From sequence record KX011028.1: DNA of 64,000 nucleotides; one strand, given 5' to 3'. Below the pieces are notes generated by a model. It saw only the letters and a list, made by a program, of their open reading frames with translations, did not search any database and was not told the origin of the DNA. Both the position numbers and the translations under genes were made by a program. Positions 46,061-55,927 of the stretch are shown here, one piece after another; the first letter of the stretch is position 1, and every line of letters begins with the position of its first letter. This DNA comes from Staphylococcus phage pSco-10.

Positions 46061-47067
46061 TCAAGTATTTCTTGTTCTGATTCAGGTGTATATTGCTTAG
46101 CATAAGTACTAGCAATTGTTAAAGGGTCATCAGATACATCACTATCTATACGTTTCTCTACAGTATACTCTTTTTTAATCTGAACTTCAACGTTTCTATC
46201 CTTCATACTATCATCCATTTCTAGAACTTTAGCATGGTTTGAAGTACCAATAACTCTAATAAAATTATCCTCATCTACTAATTGCTCAAAGTTTTCAGGT
46301 ATATCTTCTCCCTGGATAGTAATAAATCTACGTGTATAAATTGGGATAAATTCTGTAGTCATCTTTTCTGTATCTATTAAATGTACACCATTAGCTTCTT
46401 GTTCATCAGAAAATGACTGTTGCATTAATGAACCTCCATAAAAATGGTTTGGGTTTTTGAAATATTGTCTTCTGTGGTAGTGTCCTAATAGAATGAAAGC
46501 ATAATTATCCGGTAATAAATCTTGATAACCAAATGCGCCTTCTAATCTGTGTGAACCTTTACCAGTTAACGACCCTTCTACTCCTAAGTGACCTACTAGA
46601 ATATTAACTTTCCCTAACTTATTACTACTTTTAATGTAATCTTTTATCTCTTCAGTCTCATCTCCGTAAGCACACATTGTTAATTGTACTGTATCACTTA
46701 AAGGTTCACTTCTTAGAGATTTAGTTACTTCTACGTTAGGTAACGTTTCAAATATATCTATACTTGAATCAGTATATAATGAGTTACTCACAGCATCATG
46801 ATTTCCTCTAACCATATAAACTTTAATGTCTTGGTTACTAGCAAATGTTTCAAAGACTTTATTATACACTCTAGTATCTACTGAATTACGTTTGTGAAAT
46901 AGGTCTCCTCCAAAAATAACTGTAGCTTCTTCTTCCCTAGCAATATCGAAAACTTTCTGTAATGCTTCTATCTGCTCTTTAAATCTATCATTTACATAAT
47001 CGTCATCAGGTTTTGCATAGTTTGTAAATAAGTGAAAATGACTATCAGTAAAAAATACAAACTTCAT
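46039..47067 (-). CDS. sbcD: SbcD/Mre11-like nuclease (342 aa; DSHFH, GGDLFH, GNHD, GHYH)
   Basis: Mre11 phosphoesterase motifs I-V. Confidence 0.8.
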   Translation of the reverse strand: MKFVFFTDSHFHLFTNYAKPDDDYVNDRFKEQIEALQKVFDIAREEEATVIFGGDLFHKRNSVDTRVYNKVFETFASNQDIKVYMVRGNHDAVSNSLYTDSSIDIFETLPNVEVTKSLRSEPLSDTVQLTMCAYGDETEEIKDYIKSSNKLGKVNILVGHLGVEGSLTGKGSHRLEGAFGYQDLLPDNYAFILLGHYHRRQYFKNPNHFYGGSLMQQSFSDEQEANGVHLIDTEKMTTEFIPIYTRRFITIQGEDIPENFEQLVDEDNFIRVIGTSNHAKVLEMDDSMKDRNVEVQIKKEYTVEKRIDSDVSDDPLTIASTYAKQYTPESEQEILECLKEVL

Positions 47068-47099
47068 ATTAATCTCTCCTTTTAACTCTTTATAAAATA

Positions 47100-47128
47100 A
47101 TTATACCACCTAACATATAAAATGTCAA
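47100..47128 (-). promoter_or_regulatory. promoter TTGACA-17-TATAAT
   Basis: tgtcaa 47123..47128 on plus strand. Confidence 0.6.
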
Positions 47129-47146
47129 GTGGTATATAGTAAAAAT

Positions 47147-48589
47147 TTAAATTCCAGGTAATCCTCCGAATGTGTTATTTATAGCTTCTATTTTATTATC
47201 TTTATCCTGGAATTTACTTGTATCTTCTTTTCCATTATCGGATAACAATTGAATATGTTCTTGTTTTTCTTCCGGTGTTTCATCTCTTACAATCATCTTA
47301 GTTGGTTCTACTTTAAGATTAACAAACCGTTCTCCTGTGTTAGAGCTGTTACGGATTTTATCTAAATATAATCTTAGGAAACCACTCTTGAATTCTTCAT
47401 CTTTTTGGTTTACTGCTAATGATACCTCAACAGCATTGACAATCTTACGAGAACCCTCTACATGCTCACTTGTAATGACATCTGAACCGTAAGCTCCACG
47501 GTTGGTCTGAGCTAAAGTCCAACATACAAATCCATACTGTTGTGATAATCTACGGATATCTTCAAACAGTTTACCGCCTGCATCTGACTCTGAGTGATAC
47601 TTAGCGTAAGGGTTTCTCATTAGATGAGGGTAGTCAATGATAACAACATCAATATTCTTATCTTTCTTAATTGTAGTATTAACAATAATTTGCTCTAATT
47701 GGTTTGGTGTAACTTCACCTGGCATGTGTTTAGAAATATAGAAGTCACCTAATAACTTTCTATTCTTCTGATAATGATTTTGTAAGGCACCATAAACTTT
47801 ACTATTTAAAGACATATCTTGGTTTACTAGTTGGTTTTTCTCTACACCTGCCATTTGTTGCTCTGCACGTAAAATCATTCTATCCATTTTTTCCTCTAAT
47901 GCAATATATAAAACACTTAGCCCACTCTTCACATAGTTTTTAGCTAAGTTAGAAGCCATTAATGACTTACCTCTACCAGTTGGAGCTATAATTAATCCAA
48001 CCTCTCCTCTTGCTATACCACCTTCAATGTGGCTATCAATAGAATTAAACCCTGTAGAGAATTTATTTGTAGCTAAATTACTTAATAGTTCCTGTTTCTT
48101 TTCAGTATCTTCGAAGAAATCAATAAATTCCCCGTTGCCTCCTGAAATATCACTTACCTCTATTTGTTTTAATTTATCTACAAGCTCATGTAAGTTGTCT
48201 GAGTCTTCTTGTTTATTTTCTGCAATAAACTTAACTAATACTTCCTTAGACATTTCTGTTTTAATATACTTTTCTATTTCATAGTTAACAGACTCATCTT
48301 TCTCATTAACATCTACTTTGTATAAATCTTCTAAGTAAGTTAAAGTTTTAGTTACTCTCTCTTCATCTTCCTTATTATTACCCATAAGCTGTTCTACTTT
48401 AATTGCTAATGCTTCATTTGACATCTTATCGGAAATGTGTGCTGTTCTCTTTATAGCTGTAAATAAGTAACCCATATCCTCAGACTCTGCTGAGAATAGG
48501 TTCTTAGGTAAGTTATCTAATACTTCTCTTGCAAAATGTATATCCTTCATTGATTTATGAAGAATAAGCTCCTTTATCTTTTTACTCAT
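47147..48589 (-). CDS. DnaB-like/RecA-fold replicative helicase-type ATPase (480 aa; Walker A APTGRGKS)
   Basis: DnaB C-terminal domain-like motifs. Confidence 0.6.
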   Translation of the reverse strand: MSKKIKELILHKSMKDIHFAREVLDNLPKNLFSAESEDMGYLFTAIKRTAHISDKMSNEALAIKVEQLMGNNKEDEERVTKTLTYLEDLYKVDVNEKDESVNYEIEKYIKTEMSKEVLVKFIAENKQEDSDNLHELVDKLKQIEVSDISGGNGEFIDFFEDTEKKQELLSNLATNKFSTGFNSIDSHIEGGIARGEVGLIIAPTGRGKSLMASNLAKNYVKSGLSVLYIALEEKMDRMILRAEQQMAGVEKNQLVNQDMSLNSKVYGALQNHYQKNRKLLGDFYISKHMPGEVTPNQLEQIIVNTTIKKDKNIDVVIIDYPHLMRNPYAKYHSESDAGGKLFEDIRRLSQQYGFVCWTLAQTNRGAYGSDVITSEHVEGSRKIVNAVEVSLAVNQKDEEFKSGFLRLYLDKIRNSSNTGERFVNLKVEPTKMIVRDETPEEKQEHIQLLSDNGKEDTSKFQDKDNKIEAINNTFGGLPGI

Positions 48590-50195
48590 AGTTATTAACC
48601 TCTTCCTCTACTAAATGTATAAGTTTATTATAATCCAACATACCTTCTTTTGTCAAGGGTATTTTATCAATTAAATTATATTTCTCTACAATATATTTTA
48701 CTTCTCTTAAGTTTACTTCATAGCCTAAATAATCTCCAAACATTCTTAGTATATAATAAGTAGAAGTATACTGTCTCATATAAAGGTACTCATTACCGTT
48801 CTGTTCTAGGTTTTGTATATCCATTCCACTAAGTGAATCTTTATCCACTCTACCGCCTAAGCTTAATGGTAGTAAGTCTTCTCGTTTAATACCATTATTT
48901 AATTGTTTATCATGAACAATATACTCTTTTTGCATAGTGAACATTGATAATCTTGCTGAAGGTGATATACTCGTTGGTGAATATTCATTAATTATACATT
49001 GTTTTACATATTTATTAATAATACCTCTTTCTTCCTCAGGTAAGTTCTTAACTTCCTCTTCAATCATAGAATTATATTGCAGTAATACAATATGTTTCAT
49101 ATTTCCAAATAATCCATAAGAAGCATTCTCAAGGTCTAAGGCTTGTTCAAACATTGTATCAATATCATGTAGAGTAGAATTTAACCCTGTAGTGTATAAT
49201 TGATGTAAATGTAATACAGCAGGATTCTTCACATAGTCTGAAGAATTAATAATACTATCTGTATCTCCTAGGTGTCTGTTGGTATTGTTAATACCTTTTT
49301 TTATTCCTTTAATATAATTATTATAGTTTTTAAAATACTTATCTGAACTAAAGAAGTTAGGAGAAGGTATTGGATTAGGGTGCATACCATTCTCATAATA
49401 AAATGTTACATTCTTAAACACGTTTTGCATATATTTAAATACATTAATATTTTTATCTTTTATTTTTAAATAAAAATTATAAAAGGTATTAAATGTTTTA
49501 CTACCAAAGAAATTATCACTTACACTATTTCTAGGTAAGTTCTGAATCATTTTATTTCTATAGTATTCAGACATATGTTGATGGTAGTCATACTCATCTT
49601 TAGTTGTGGCTTTACTCATTGCTTTAAGATGACTCGTATGTTTAGCATCCATATGAGAGATAGCGTATTGGTCATAAAGCTTACAAAGTATATATGCTTT
49701 ATAGAATCCTTCAGGGTCATAGGACATATTAAAAACTTCCCTAGAAGGGTAAGGAAGACCTTCTGAATGGAAATTCATATCAGATATAATCTTTCTTTTC
49801 TCATCTTTAATAGCATTATACTGAGTCATTTCTAATTTTGTACGTCTTCGTTGTTCTTTTCTCTCATATCTATATGAAGGGAAATGTTTCTCTCTAAGTT
49901 CTTTGGCATATTGTAAGTTTGAAGTGATAATGTTATCTTCAGCCTCATTAAACTCTTTTAACTCTTCAGTATTATAGTCTCTCACTAAAGTTATCACTAT
50001 ACCACCATTCTTACCTCTTTTAGACACAGTAACAATTTTATTTTCTTCTTCTAACTTTTTAAGGTTATTGGATAAAGCAGAGATGGAAACGTCTAGAGAG
50101 TCTGCTAGCTCTTTCTTAGTAGAAATATGAAATTTATTTTCTGTAGCATTTTCTTCTAGATACTGGTATAACTTTCGTTGTGTTTTTGTTGCCAT
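48582..50195 (-). CDS. replication-associated (Rep-like) protein with N-terminal winged-HTH (537 aa)
   Basis: N-terminal HTH (KELADSLDVSISALSNNLKKL); position between helicase genes. Confidence 0.45.
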   Translation of the reverse strand: MATKTQRKLYQYLEENATENKFHISTKKELADSLDVSISALSNNLKKLEEENKIVTVSKRGKNGGIVITLVRDYNTEELKEFNEAEDNIITSNLQYAKELREKHFPSYRYERKEQRRRTKLEMTQYNAIKDEKRKIISDMNFHSEGLPYPSREVFNMSYDPEGFYKAYILCKLYDQYAISHMDAKHTSHLKAMSKATTKDEYDYHQHMSEYYRNKMIQNLPRNSVSDNFFGSKTFNTFYNFYLKIKDKNINVFKYMQNVFKNVTFYYENGMHPNPIPSPNFFSSDKYFKNYNNYIKGIKKGINNTNRHLGDTDSIINSSDYVKNPAVLHLHQLYTTGLNSTLHDIDTMFEQALDLENASYGLFGNMKHIVLLQYNSMIEEEVKNLPEEERGIINKYVKQCIINEYSPTSISPSARLSMFTMQKEYIVHDKQLNNGIKREDLLPLSLGGRVDKDSLSGMDIQNLEQNGNEYLYMRQYTSTYYILRMFGDYLGYEVNLREVKYIVEKYNLIDKIPLTKEGMLDYNKLIHLVEEEVNNYE

Positions 50196-50206
50196 CTCTT
50201 ACCCTC

Positions 50207-51955
50207 CTATTTTCCTAAGTCTTTTATTTCAAAATCTTCCTCTTCATAGATTTTCCTACGCTCATTAGAATGAGTATATAAAAATCTATTTGTCATATCA
50301 TTAAAATCAAATATTTGTGTTGTATTGTCATCTTTCTTCTTACGTAAAGCACGTCCGATGCGTTGTAGTGTCTGTCTTAATGATTTACCTCCTGCACCTA
50401 ATATTAGTGCATTAATACCGGATATATCTACACCCTCATCAATAAGTGATGTAGCTATCATTACTTTAAGCTTACCACTTCTCATGTCATTTAGTTTTTC
50501 TCTTCTAGTTTCAGAGTCTATTTCCCCATGTAAGAAGTAGTGTTCTACATCTAAATCATTTAACATTTCTGATATTGTATCTCCGTGTTCTATGAAGTTT
50601 ACAATGATTAGTGTTCCTTTATCTTGATTATACCACTTTTCTGTTAGTTTTGCAATAAGTTTATTCCTAAAATCATTATTTGTTATACCTTTATCATAAG
50701 CTTCCCTATAATCATCAATTCTATCTATATCATTAGGATTAGCTACTGGTATAATATTTATTGTCGGTCTAGCAGAATGACCTTCTTCAATCAAGAACTT
50801 ATTAGTAGTTCTAGCTATAACATTACCAAATAAGGCTTGTAGTCTCATCCATAGTAATTCATCTTTCTTATCTATAGAACCTGTTAGTGCAATCCTGTAC
50901 AATGCCTTTTCACATGTCATTAGGTTATTATACCATGAGTCTGATTTAGAGTGGTGTGCTTCATCAACTATCATAACAGTTACTGAATCTAGGAAGTTTC
51001 TCATATCTTGGTATTTATCATACTTCTTTTCATTCTTTTCTCTAACAACTTTTTGGAAATGAGCATTATGTTTCTTTAAGTTTAATAAGACTTCTGCATC
51101 AGTTTTACTGTTTTGGTAAATTAGCTCTAAAACATTTAGTACATTTTGCTCTACCTTTGTTTTAGGTGTTGTATTATCAAGTAATACTTTAAGTAATTTC
51201 TTTTGATTGGTACCACCTTCAAATTTAGGTAATATTTCTTGTGCAATCTTTTTACTAATATTTTGTTTAGGTGTGACTTTAACTCCTTGTGTAGGGTCTT
51301 TAAGATTTGCATTTAATGTAGGTATCATTACAACTGTAACCTGTTTAACATCAAATTTACCTGCCCCTACTTTACCAATAGGAATATTTAGTCGTTCTTT
51401 TAATCTGTCTGCAGATTGATGGAATATCTCTGTAGAGCCTGTGAAAAATGCTACTCTTTCTCCTTTTTCTAACTGAGGTAATAGTTGGTCTATAATACCA
51501 CTAGCAACTTCTGTTTTACCTCCATTAGTGGCTAAGTGGGCAATACCATTATAGAATGTTAAACTATTGTAGACAGCTTCGTATTGATAGTCTCTTAAAG
51601 TAATTTGACCAATATTATTATCGAGTAATGTTATCTCATCATCAATATCTTCTTCAGCTAAGAAACTCTCATCACGTTCATCAATTGTTTCAAACTGGAA
51701 ATTATATCTTGATTGTAACTCACCTAATAATAACTCAACTTTAAATAAAAGTCCAGTAGGAAATTTATCTTCCTCATAAACATAAAAGTCTACATACCCA
51801 TCCCAACTACCTCTTTTGTAAGCAGGGCTGTATTGAAATCCTTCTTGACGTGCTCCTATAGTCGTATGGACTCTCTTTAAAAATATATCTTTTAAGTATT
51901 TATCATCCTCCTCAAATTCGACATAGGTATATAAGTTCTTAATTCTTAATCTCAT
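50207..51955 (-). CDS. SF2 DNA helicase (582 aa; ATNGGKT, DEAHH box, motif VI QRIGRALR)
   Basis: helicase motifs I, II, VI. Confidence 0.8.
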   Translation of the reverse strand: MRLRIKNLYTYVEFEEDDKYLKDIFLKRVHTTIGARQEGFQYSPAYKRGSWDGYVDFYVYEEDKFPTGLLFKVELLLGELQSRYNFQFETIDERDESFLAEEDIDDEITLLDNNIGQITLRDYQYEAVYNSLTFYNGIAHLATNGGKTEVASGIIDQLLPQLEKGERVAFFTGSTEIFHQSADRLKERLNIPIGKVGAGKFDVKQVTVVMIPTLNANLKDPTQGVKVTPKQNISKKIAQEILPKFEGGTNQKKLLKVLLDNTTPKTKVEQNVLNVLELIYQNSKTDAEVLLNLKKHNAHFQKVVREKNEKKYDKYQDMRNFLDSVTVMIVDEAHHSKSDSWYNNLMTCEKALYRIALTGSIDKKDELLWMRLQALFGNVIARTTNKFLIEEGHSARPTINIIPVANPNDIDRIDDYREAYDKGITNNDFRNKLIAKLTEKWYNQDKGTLIIVNFIEHGDTISEMLNDLDVEHYFLHGEIDSETRREKLNDMRSGKLKVMIATSLIDEGVDISGINALILGAGGKSLRQTLQRIGRALRKKKDDNTTQIFDFNDMTNRFLYTHSNERRKIYEEEDFEIKDLGK

Positions 51956-51986
51956 TTTAATCTCCTTATATCCTTACACGAGTTAT

Positions 51987-52015
51987 AGTATACCACAGAA
52001 TACTTATTAAGTCAA
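51987..52015 (-). promoter_or_regulatory. promoter TTGACT-17-TATACT for the helicase gene
   Basis: agtcaa 52010..52015 on plus strand. Confidence 0.6.
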
Positions 52016-52045
52016 GAAAAAAAGACTAGGAGTTTGTCCTAGTCT
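52016..52045 (-). terminator. terminator AGACTAGG/CCTAGTCT followed by a U7 run, closing the tail-fibre operon
   Basis: 8-bp stem, 7-nt loop. Confidence 0.65.
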
Positions 52046-53417
52046 ATGGCATATTAATACCTATAATTCTTGTAACGTATTGTGTTTTACTGCTCTGTAC
52101 TGCACTGTCTACAATTTTCCAAGTTGTTCCTGAGAAGTTGATACCTACTCTATAAAATTCTGTAACAGGTGGTTTTGTATCTGTTCTATCTCCTGAAACA
52201 AAAGTTCCTGAGCAAACGTAGGTACCACTACCATCCAAGTAGAATTTATGACAAATTGTACCTGAATCATCATTACCTTTAGTCTTCTCTACTGTCTTAT
52301 GTTTAGTATAAACCTCTACATAAGAATAATTACTAATGTCATCTGAGAGATTCTTAGTGGCTCCTATAGATAAGAATGATTGTGCTCCAGTCCATAATTC
52401 TTTGTAAGATGGTGTAGTTTTTGGTGTAGACCAAGAACCACTACTAACAGCTCCAGTAGCAAACCTACCATCTGTACCTATAGCATAATATATACCATGA
52501 AGGTTACTTACATCTGTAACATCAGATAAATATAGACCTCTACAACTATTTGGTAATGGGGAACCAGGTACCCCATTCTGAGAATAAAAACTAAAGGTTG
52601 TTTGTCCTGTTTTCTGTATATGATTCCTTATAGCCTCTTCAAATGATATTCCTTCAGACTTATAAACGAGTAGATTAAATTTCGTACTTCCATCAGAAAT
52701 ATCATTTAGTATATATTTCTGCATATCAATAGGTTCAAATTCTTTTTTCCAGTCTGTGTATACTCCTGTAGGTTTCTTAATACTAGTGTACTCTTTACCA
52801 GTTTCAGAGTCAGTTAACCTAGCTAGTCTATTGTCATTAGAATCTACACTTAAATCTAAAAAACCTGAATCTACACCACTAGGCATACCTCCTGTCATTC
52901 CCATAACAAAATAAACACCTGGTGAAGATATATCTAAAATATTAGTACCTGTTATAACAGCATTTTTATTACTAGGTAATCCTTGAATAAATTGCCATTC
53001 TGAACTAGAGCTTCCTGAGACAAATCTATATAACGTTTTAATTTGATTATTGTTAGTAGATAATGTGTATAAATGTTGAACTACTTTACTAGAAGTATCA
53101 AGTGGTACTACATGTAATACAACATCAATAGACTCCATGTCAGGCTTATCTAATAATGTTGCTAATGTTCTAGCTCCGATATAATAGTAACCAGGTTCTT
53201 TTATATCTCTAAGAGCTGTTATGTTTCCATAAGATTTAGTTAATCCCTTATCATCAGTTAGTTTAATTTTCTGTGATTTATTAAAATTATAAACTAAATC
53301 ATCTGTAATGTCAAATATATTTCTTTCTTTTGTTAATTCTTCTCCAATGTTATTGACCTGAGTAGTCAGGTCTCTAATAACATTGTTTTCCGTTATTGTA
53401 GTAAAATTTAATGCCAT
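52044..53417 (-). CDS. tail-fibre / receptor-binding protein paralog B (457 aa)
   Basis: shares N-terminal about 35 aa with gene 53812..55725 (MAxNxTxxTE...xxVNxIGxxL); last gene of tail-fibre cluster. Confidence 0.6.
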   Translation of the reverse strand: MALNFTTITENNVIRDLTTQVNNIGEELTKERNIFDITDDLVYNFNKSQKIKLTDDKGLTKSYGNITALRDIKEPGYYYIGARTLATLLDKPDMESIDVVLHVVPLDTSSKVVQHLYTLSTNNNQIKTLYRFVSGSSSSEWQFIQGLPSNKNAVITGTNILDISSPGVYFVMGMTGGMPSGVDSGFLDLSVDSNDNRLARLTDSETGKEYTSIKKPTGVYTDWKKEFEPIDMQKYILNDISDGSTKFNLLVYKSEGISFEEAIRNHIQKTGQTTFSFYSQNGVPGSPLPNSCRGLYLSDVTDVSNLHGIYYAIGTDGRFATGAVSSGSWSTPKTTPSYKELWTGAQSFLSIGATKNLSDDISNYSYVEVYTKHKTVEKTKGNDDSGTICHKFYLDGSGTYVCSGTFVSGDRTDTKPPVTEFYRVGINFSGTTWKIVDSAVQSSKTQYVTRIIGINMP

Positions 53418-53423
53418 TTATGA

Positions 53424-53798
53424 TTACCCCTTTTGACCTAAAAGTTGTTGAAGCATTTTCATCATAGCTTCTTGTTGCTGTCTCATAATCTCTAACTCTG
53501 CTTTTAAGCTATCGTATTGTTCTTTAGGTACAGTAAGTTGTTGAGACTCTTCGTCATTATCATTGCTTCGTGGTGGTACATAGTCTTTATTTTCTATAAC
53601 CTCTTCAGGCTTTTTATAATACAAATATCTTTCACAGGCAAAATTATCAAAGAAGTAAGCAGGTAAAATTTCCCTATTAACTTTTACCTGTCCGAAATCT
53701 GTGTCATAAGCACCTGCTGTTGTAAATCCTGTAATGTATTTACCTTCTCTTAGATGTAATACTATTTCATCTCTACCAATATCAAAGTATCGAGTCAT
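53424..53798 (-). CDS. small protein between the two RBP paralogs (124 aa; coiled-coil C-terminus), possible fibre assembly factor
   Basis: position; composition. Confidence 0.4.
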   Translation of the reverse strand: MTRYFDIGRDEIVLHLREGKYITGFTTAGAYDTDFGQVKVNREILPAYFFDNFACERYLYYKKPEEVIENKDYVPPRSNDNDEESQQLTVPKEQYDSLKAELEIMRQQQEAMMKMLQQLLGQKG

Positions 53799-53811
53799 TC
53801 TATTTACCCTC

Positions 53812-55725
53812 CTAAAGTGTATTAATTCCTGCTATTCTATATATAGTTATTATTCCTTGAGCATTGTATCCTGATACAGATGTCGTATTTGTAGACCCGT
53901 TTAAAGTAACTTGTTTAGCCATATTAGGTGTAGCTGAAGTAGTTGTTGGGAAAGATAAATATCCTTCAAAAAAGTCTACCCCTGAGCCTGTGGAATCATT
54001 AGCTAGATTGAAATCTCTTATATATAAGTATGGCGTTGTAGGTGTTCTTAAATCTAGAAACATTGTTTTATAATGTCCTGCTGATTTTGTTATATACACA
54101 ACTTCCAACATATCATAGTTAGTCCAAGAGTCATTTAAAGGTATCGTATCTTTTGAGCCATAATCTAATGTACCTTCCCAAAGTATTGTAGATGTTCTTT
54201 GTTGTTTTAGAGGCTTCCAACCGTAATTATATCCACCATAATATAAGGTGTAAGGTATACCTTCTGAATCTGTAAATACCAGTTTAATAAACTTATTAGT
54301 ACTATTTGGGTCACCTTTATCATAATCTACTTGTATAGTTCCTCTAATAGAACGTCCTCTAGGTGTTCCCTCGATAGAGCCCTGACAATAGAAAGTATGG
54401 TAGCCTTGAGGTACTGTCATAATTAAGTCTTTTAGAGACATACCGTTTACATCATTCTCAAACCATGCATACTTAAAGTAATTTCTATTATCTACATCTG
54501 AAGTATAGTTATTTAATATTGATTGTTCATCAGCATACTCCGACCAATTTGACCAAATCTCATCGTATTGTACTTTATCGTCTTGATGTGTTATGAAAGG
54601 TGTGGCTTTATTACCTTTTTCTAATTTAGGTAAAGCATAATAACCTGTCATACCAGTACCTGTCCCTGAGTTAACAGTAGTAATACGCATAGCACAAGCA
54701 ATATACTTAGCTTCTGATTCAGGAGGTACTGTAGCTGTTACAGTAAGTCTTTGCCATTCTTTCTCTTTTAAATCTGCTTTATAGTATTTAGCACTTTGTA
54801 TAGAGGTGTTAACATCTAATAAATCATCAGTATATTTATCCACTTGTATATAAAACGCATTATCTTTCATTGCCTCTAAGCTAGGAACATACAAGTAAGT
54901 AGAGAATGTTAATTCTTCTCCAGGTTGTACATCTTTGCCTATTTCTAACCCTCTACTTCTAATAATAGGATATTTTGCTGTCCCATTGTTAGTCACCTTA
55001 GCTGTTTTATTCCCTTCGAAACTTATATCATTTGTAATTGAAGTATCAGATGTGTCTATTGTATCCCATTTCCAATTACTATTTCTATCTGTGTAAGGTT
55101 TTAAGTTATACTGTGTTTCCTCAAATAAACTATCTCTAAGTAAGTTAGGGTTTTGTTCTTGTACAGGAAGCTTTCTTATCATTTTAAATGTAGATGTAGA
55201 ATTAACAGGGTTAAACTCTACTAAAGACGAGACACCATTTTTACTTTCTTTATAATTAACCCATCCTGTATTTAAGTTCTCTTTAAGGGGATTAATTAAT
55301 GTTGCGTACTGAGTTGTAGATTCAGTAAGTTCTTTTACATTCAAAGTATTACCTTCATTGTATAAGTTACCTTCATCTAATTTAAAACTAATCCAATCAT
55401 ATACTGTTTTATCAGCATAAGTCTTAATATACATTTTATTACTATTAAATGGTGAATAATATACTTTGTAATAACGTGAATTTCTTTTATCTAACCGTAC
55501 GAATCCATTCCGATTTTCTCCTGGTGGGAAATTTGTAGAAGTTGTCACATAATAATTACCACTATCAGGAATCTTATCTAGTATATTATTAAAATCAGGC
55601 TGTGATATTACTTTTAAATCACTAGGATTAACCTCTGTTTTTAAGAAGTTACCTATATCATTTACCTTAGGATACATATCCTTTAACTTTTGTGTTTCAG
55701 TAAGAGGCGTGTAGTTAAATGCCAT
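53812..55725 (-). CDS. tail-fibre / receptor-binding protein paralog A (637 aa)
   Basis: conserved N-terminal anchor shared with paralog B; divergent C-terminus. Confidence 0.6.
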   Translation of the reverse strand: MAFNYTPLTETQKLKDMYPKVNDIGNFLKTEVNPSDLKVISQPDFNNILDKIPDSGNYYVTTSTNFPPGENRNGFVRLDKRNSRYYKVYYSPFNSNKMYIKTYADKTVYDWISFKLDEGNLYNEGNTLNVKELTESTTQYATLINPLKENLNTGWVNYKESKNGVSSLVEFNPVNSTSTFKMIRKLPVQEQNPNLLRDSLFEETQYNLKPYTDRNSNWKWDTIDTSDTSITNDISFEGNKTAKVTNNGTAKYPIIRSRGLEIGKDVQPGEELTFSTYLYVPSLEAMKDNAFYIQVDKYTDDLLDVNTSIQSAKYYKADLKEKEWQRLTVTATVPPESEAKYIACAMRITTVNSGTGTGMTGYYALPKLEKGNKATPFITHQDDKVQYDEIWSNWSEYADEQSILNNYTSDVDNRNYFKYAWFENDVNGMSLKDLIMTVPQGYHTFYCQGSIEGTPRGRSIRGTIQVDYDKGDPNSTNKFIKLVFTDSEGIPYTLYYGGYNYGWKPLKQQRTSTILWEGTLDYGSKDTIPLNDSWTNYDMLEVVYITKSAGHYKTMFLDLRTPTTPYLYIRDFNLANDSTGSGVDFFEGYLSFPTTTSATPNMAKQVTLNGSTNTTSVSGYNAQGIITIYRIAGINTL

Positions 55726-55884
55726 CTATTTTTCTCCTCTCTCTTTCTTTAATTCATTAAGAAGTCTATCAACTTCATTAATTTTTTCCTTATATGTTCT
55801 TTCTAATTCCTTAATTGATTTCTCTTCAACAGTAGGAATAAACAGCTTAGCTTGAGAATAAGGGTCTCTAACTTCTCTAGGCAT
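55726..55884 (-). CDS. small coiled-coil protein (52 aa, MPREVRDPYSQAKLFIP...); its stop abuts the ATG of the RBP gene
   Basis: RBS aaggagag before ATG at 55884; missed by track. Confidence 0.35.
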   Translation of the reverse strand: MPREVRDPYSQAKLFIPTVEEKSIKELERTYKEKINEVDRLLNELKKERGEK

Positions 55885-55890
55885 ATAAAT

Positions 55891-55919
55891 CTCTCCTTAT
55901 TAAATAAAGAGGGGTCAAC
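55891..55919 (-). terminator. hairpin AGAGGGG/CCCCTCT followed by TTTATTT (a partial terminator/attenuator inside the tail-fibre operon)
   Basis: GC-rich 7-bp stem. Confidence 0.45.
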
Positions 55920-55927
55920 CAACCCCT

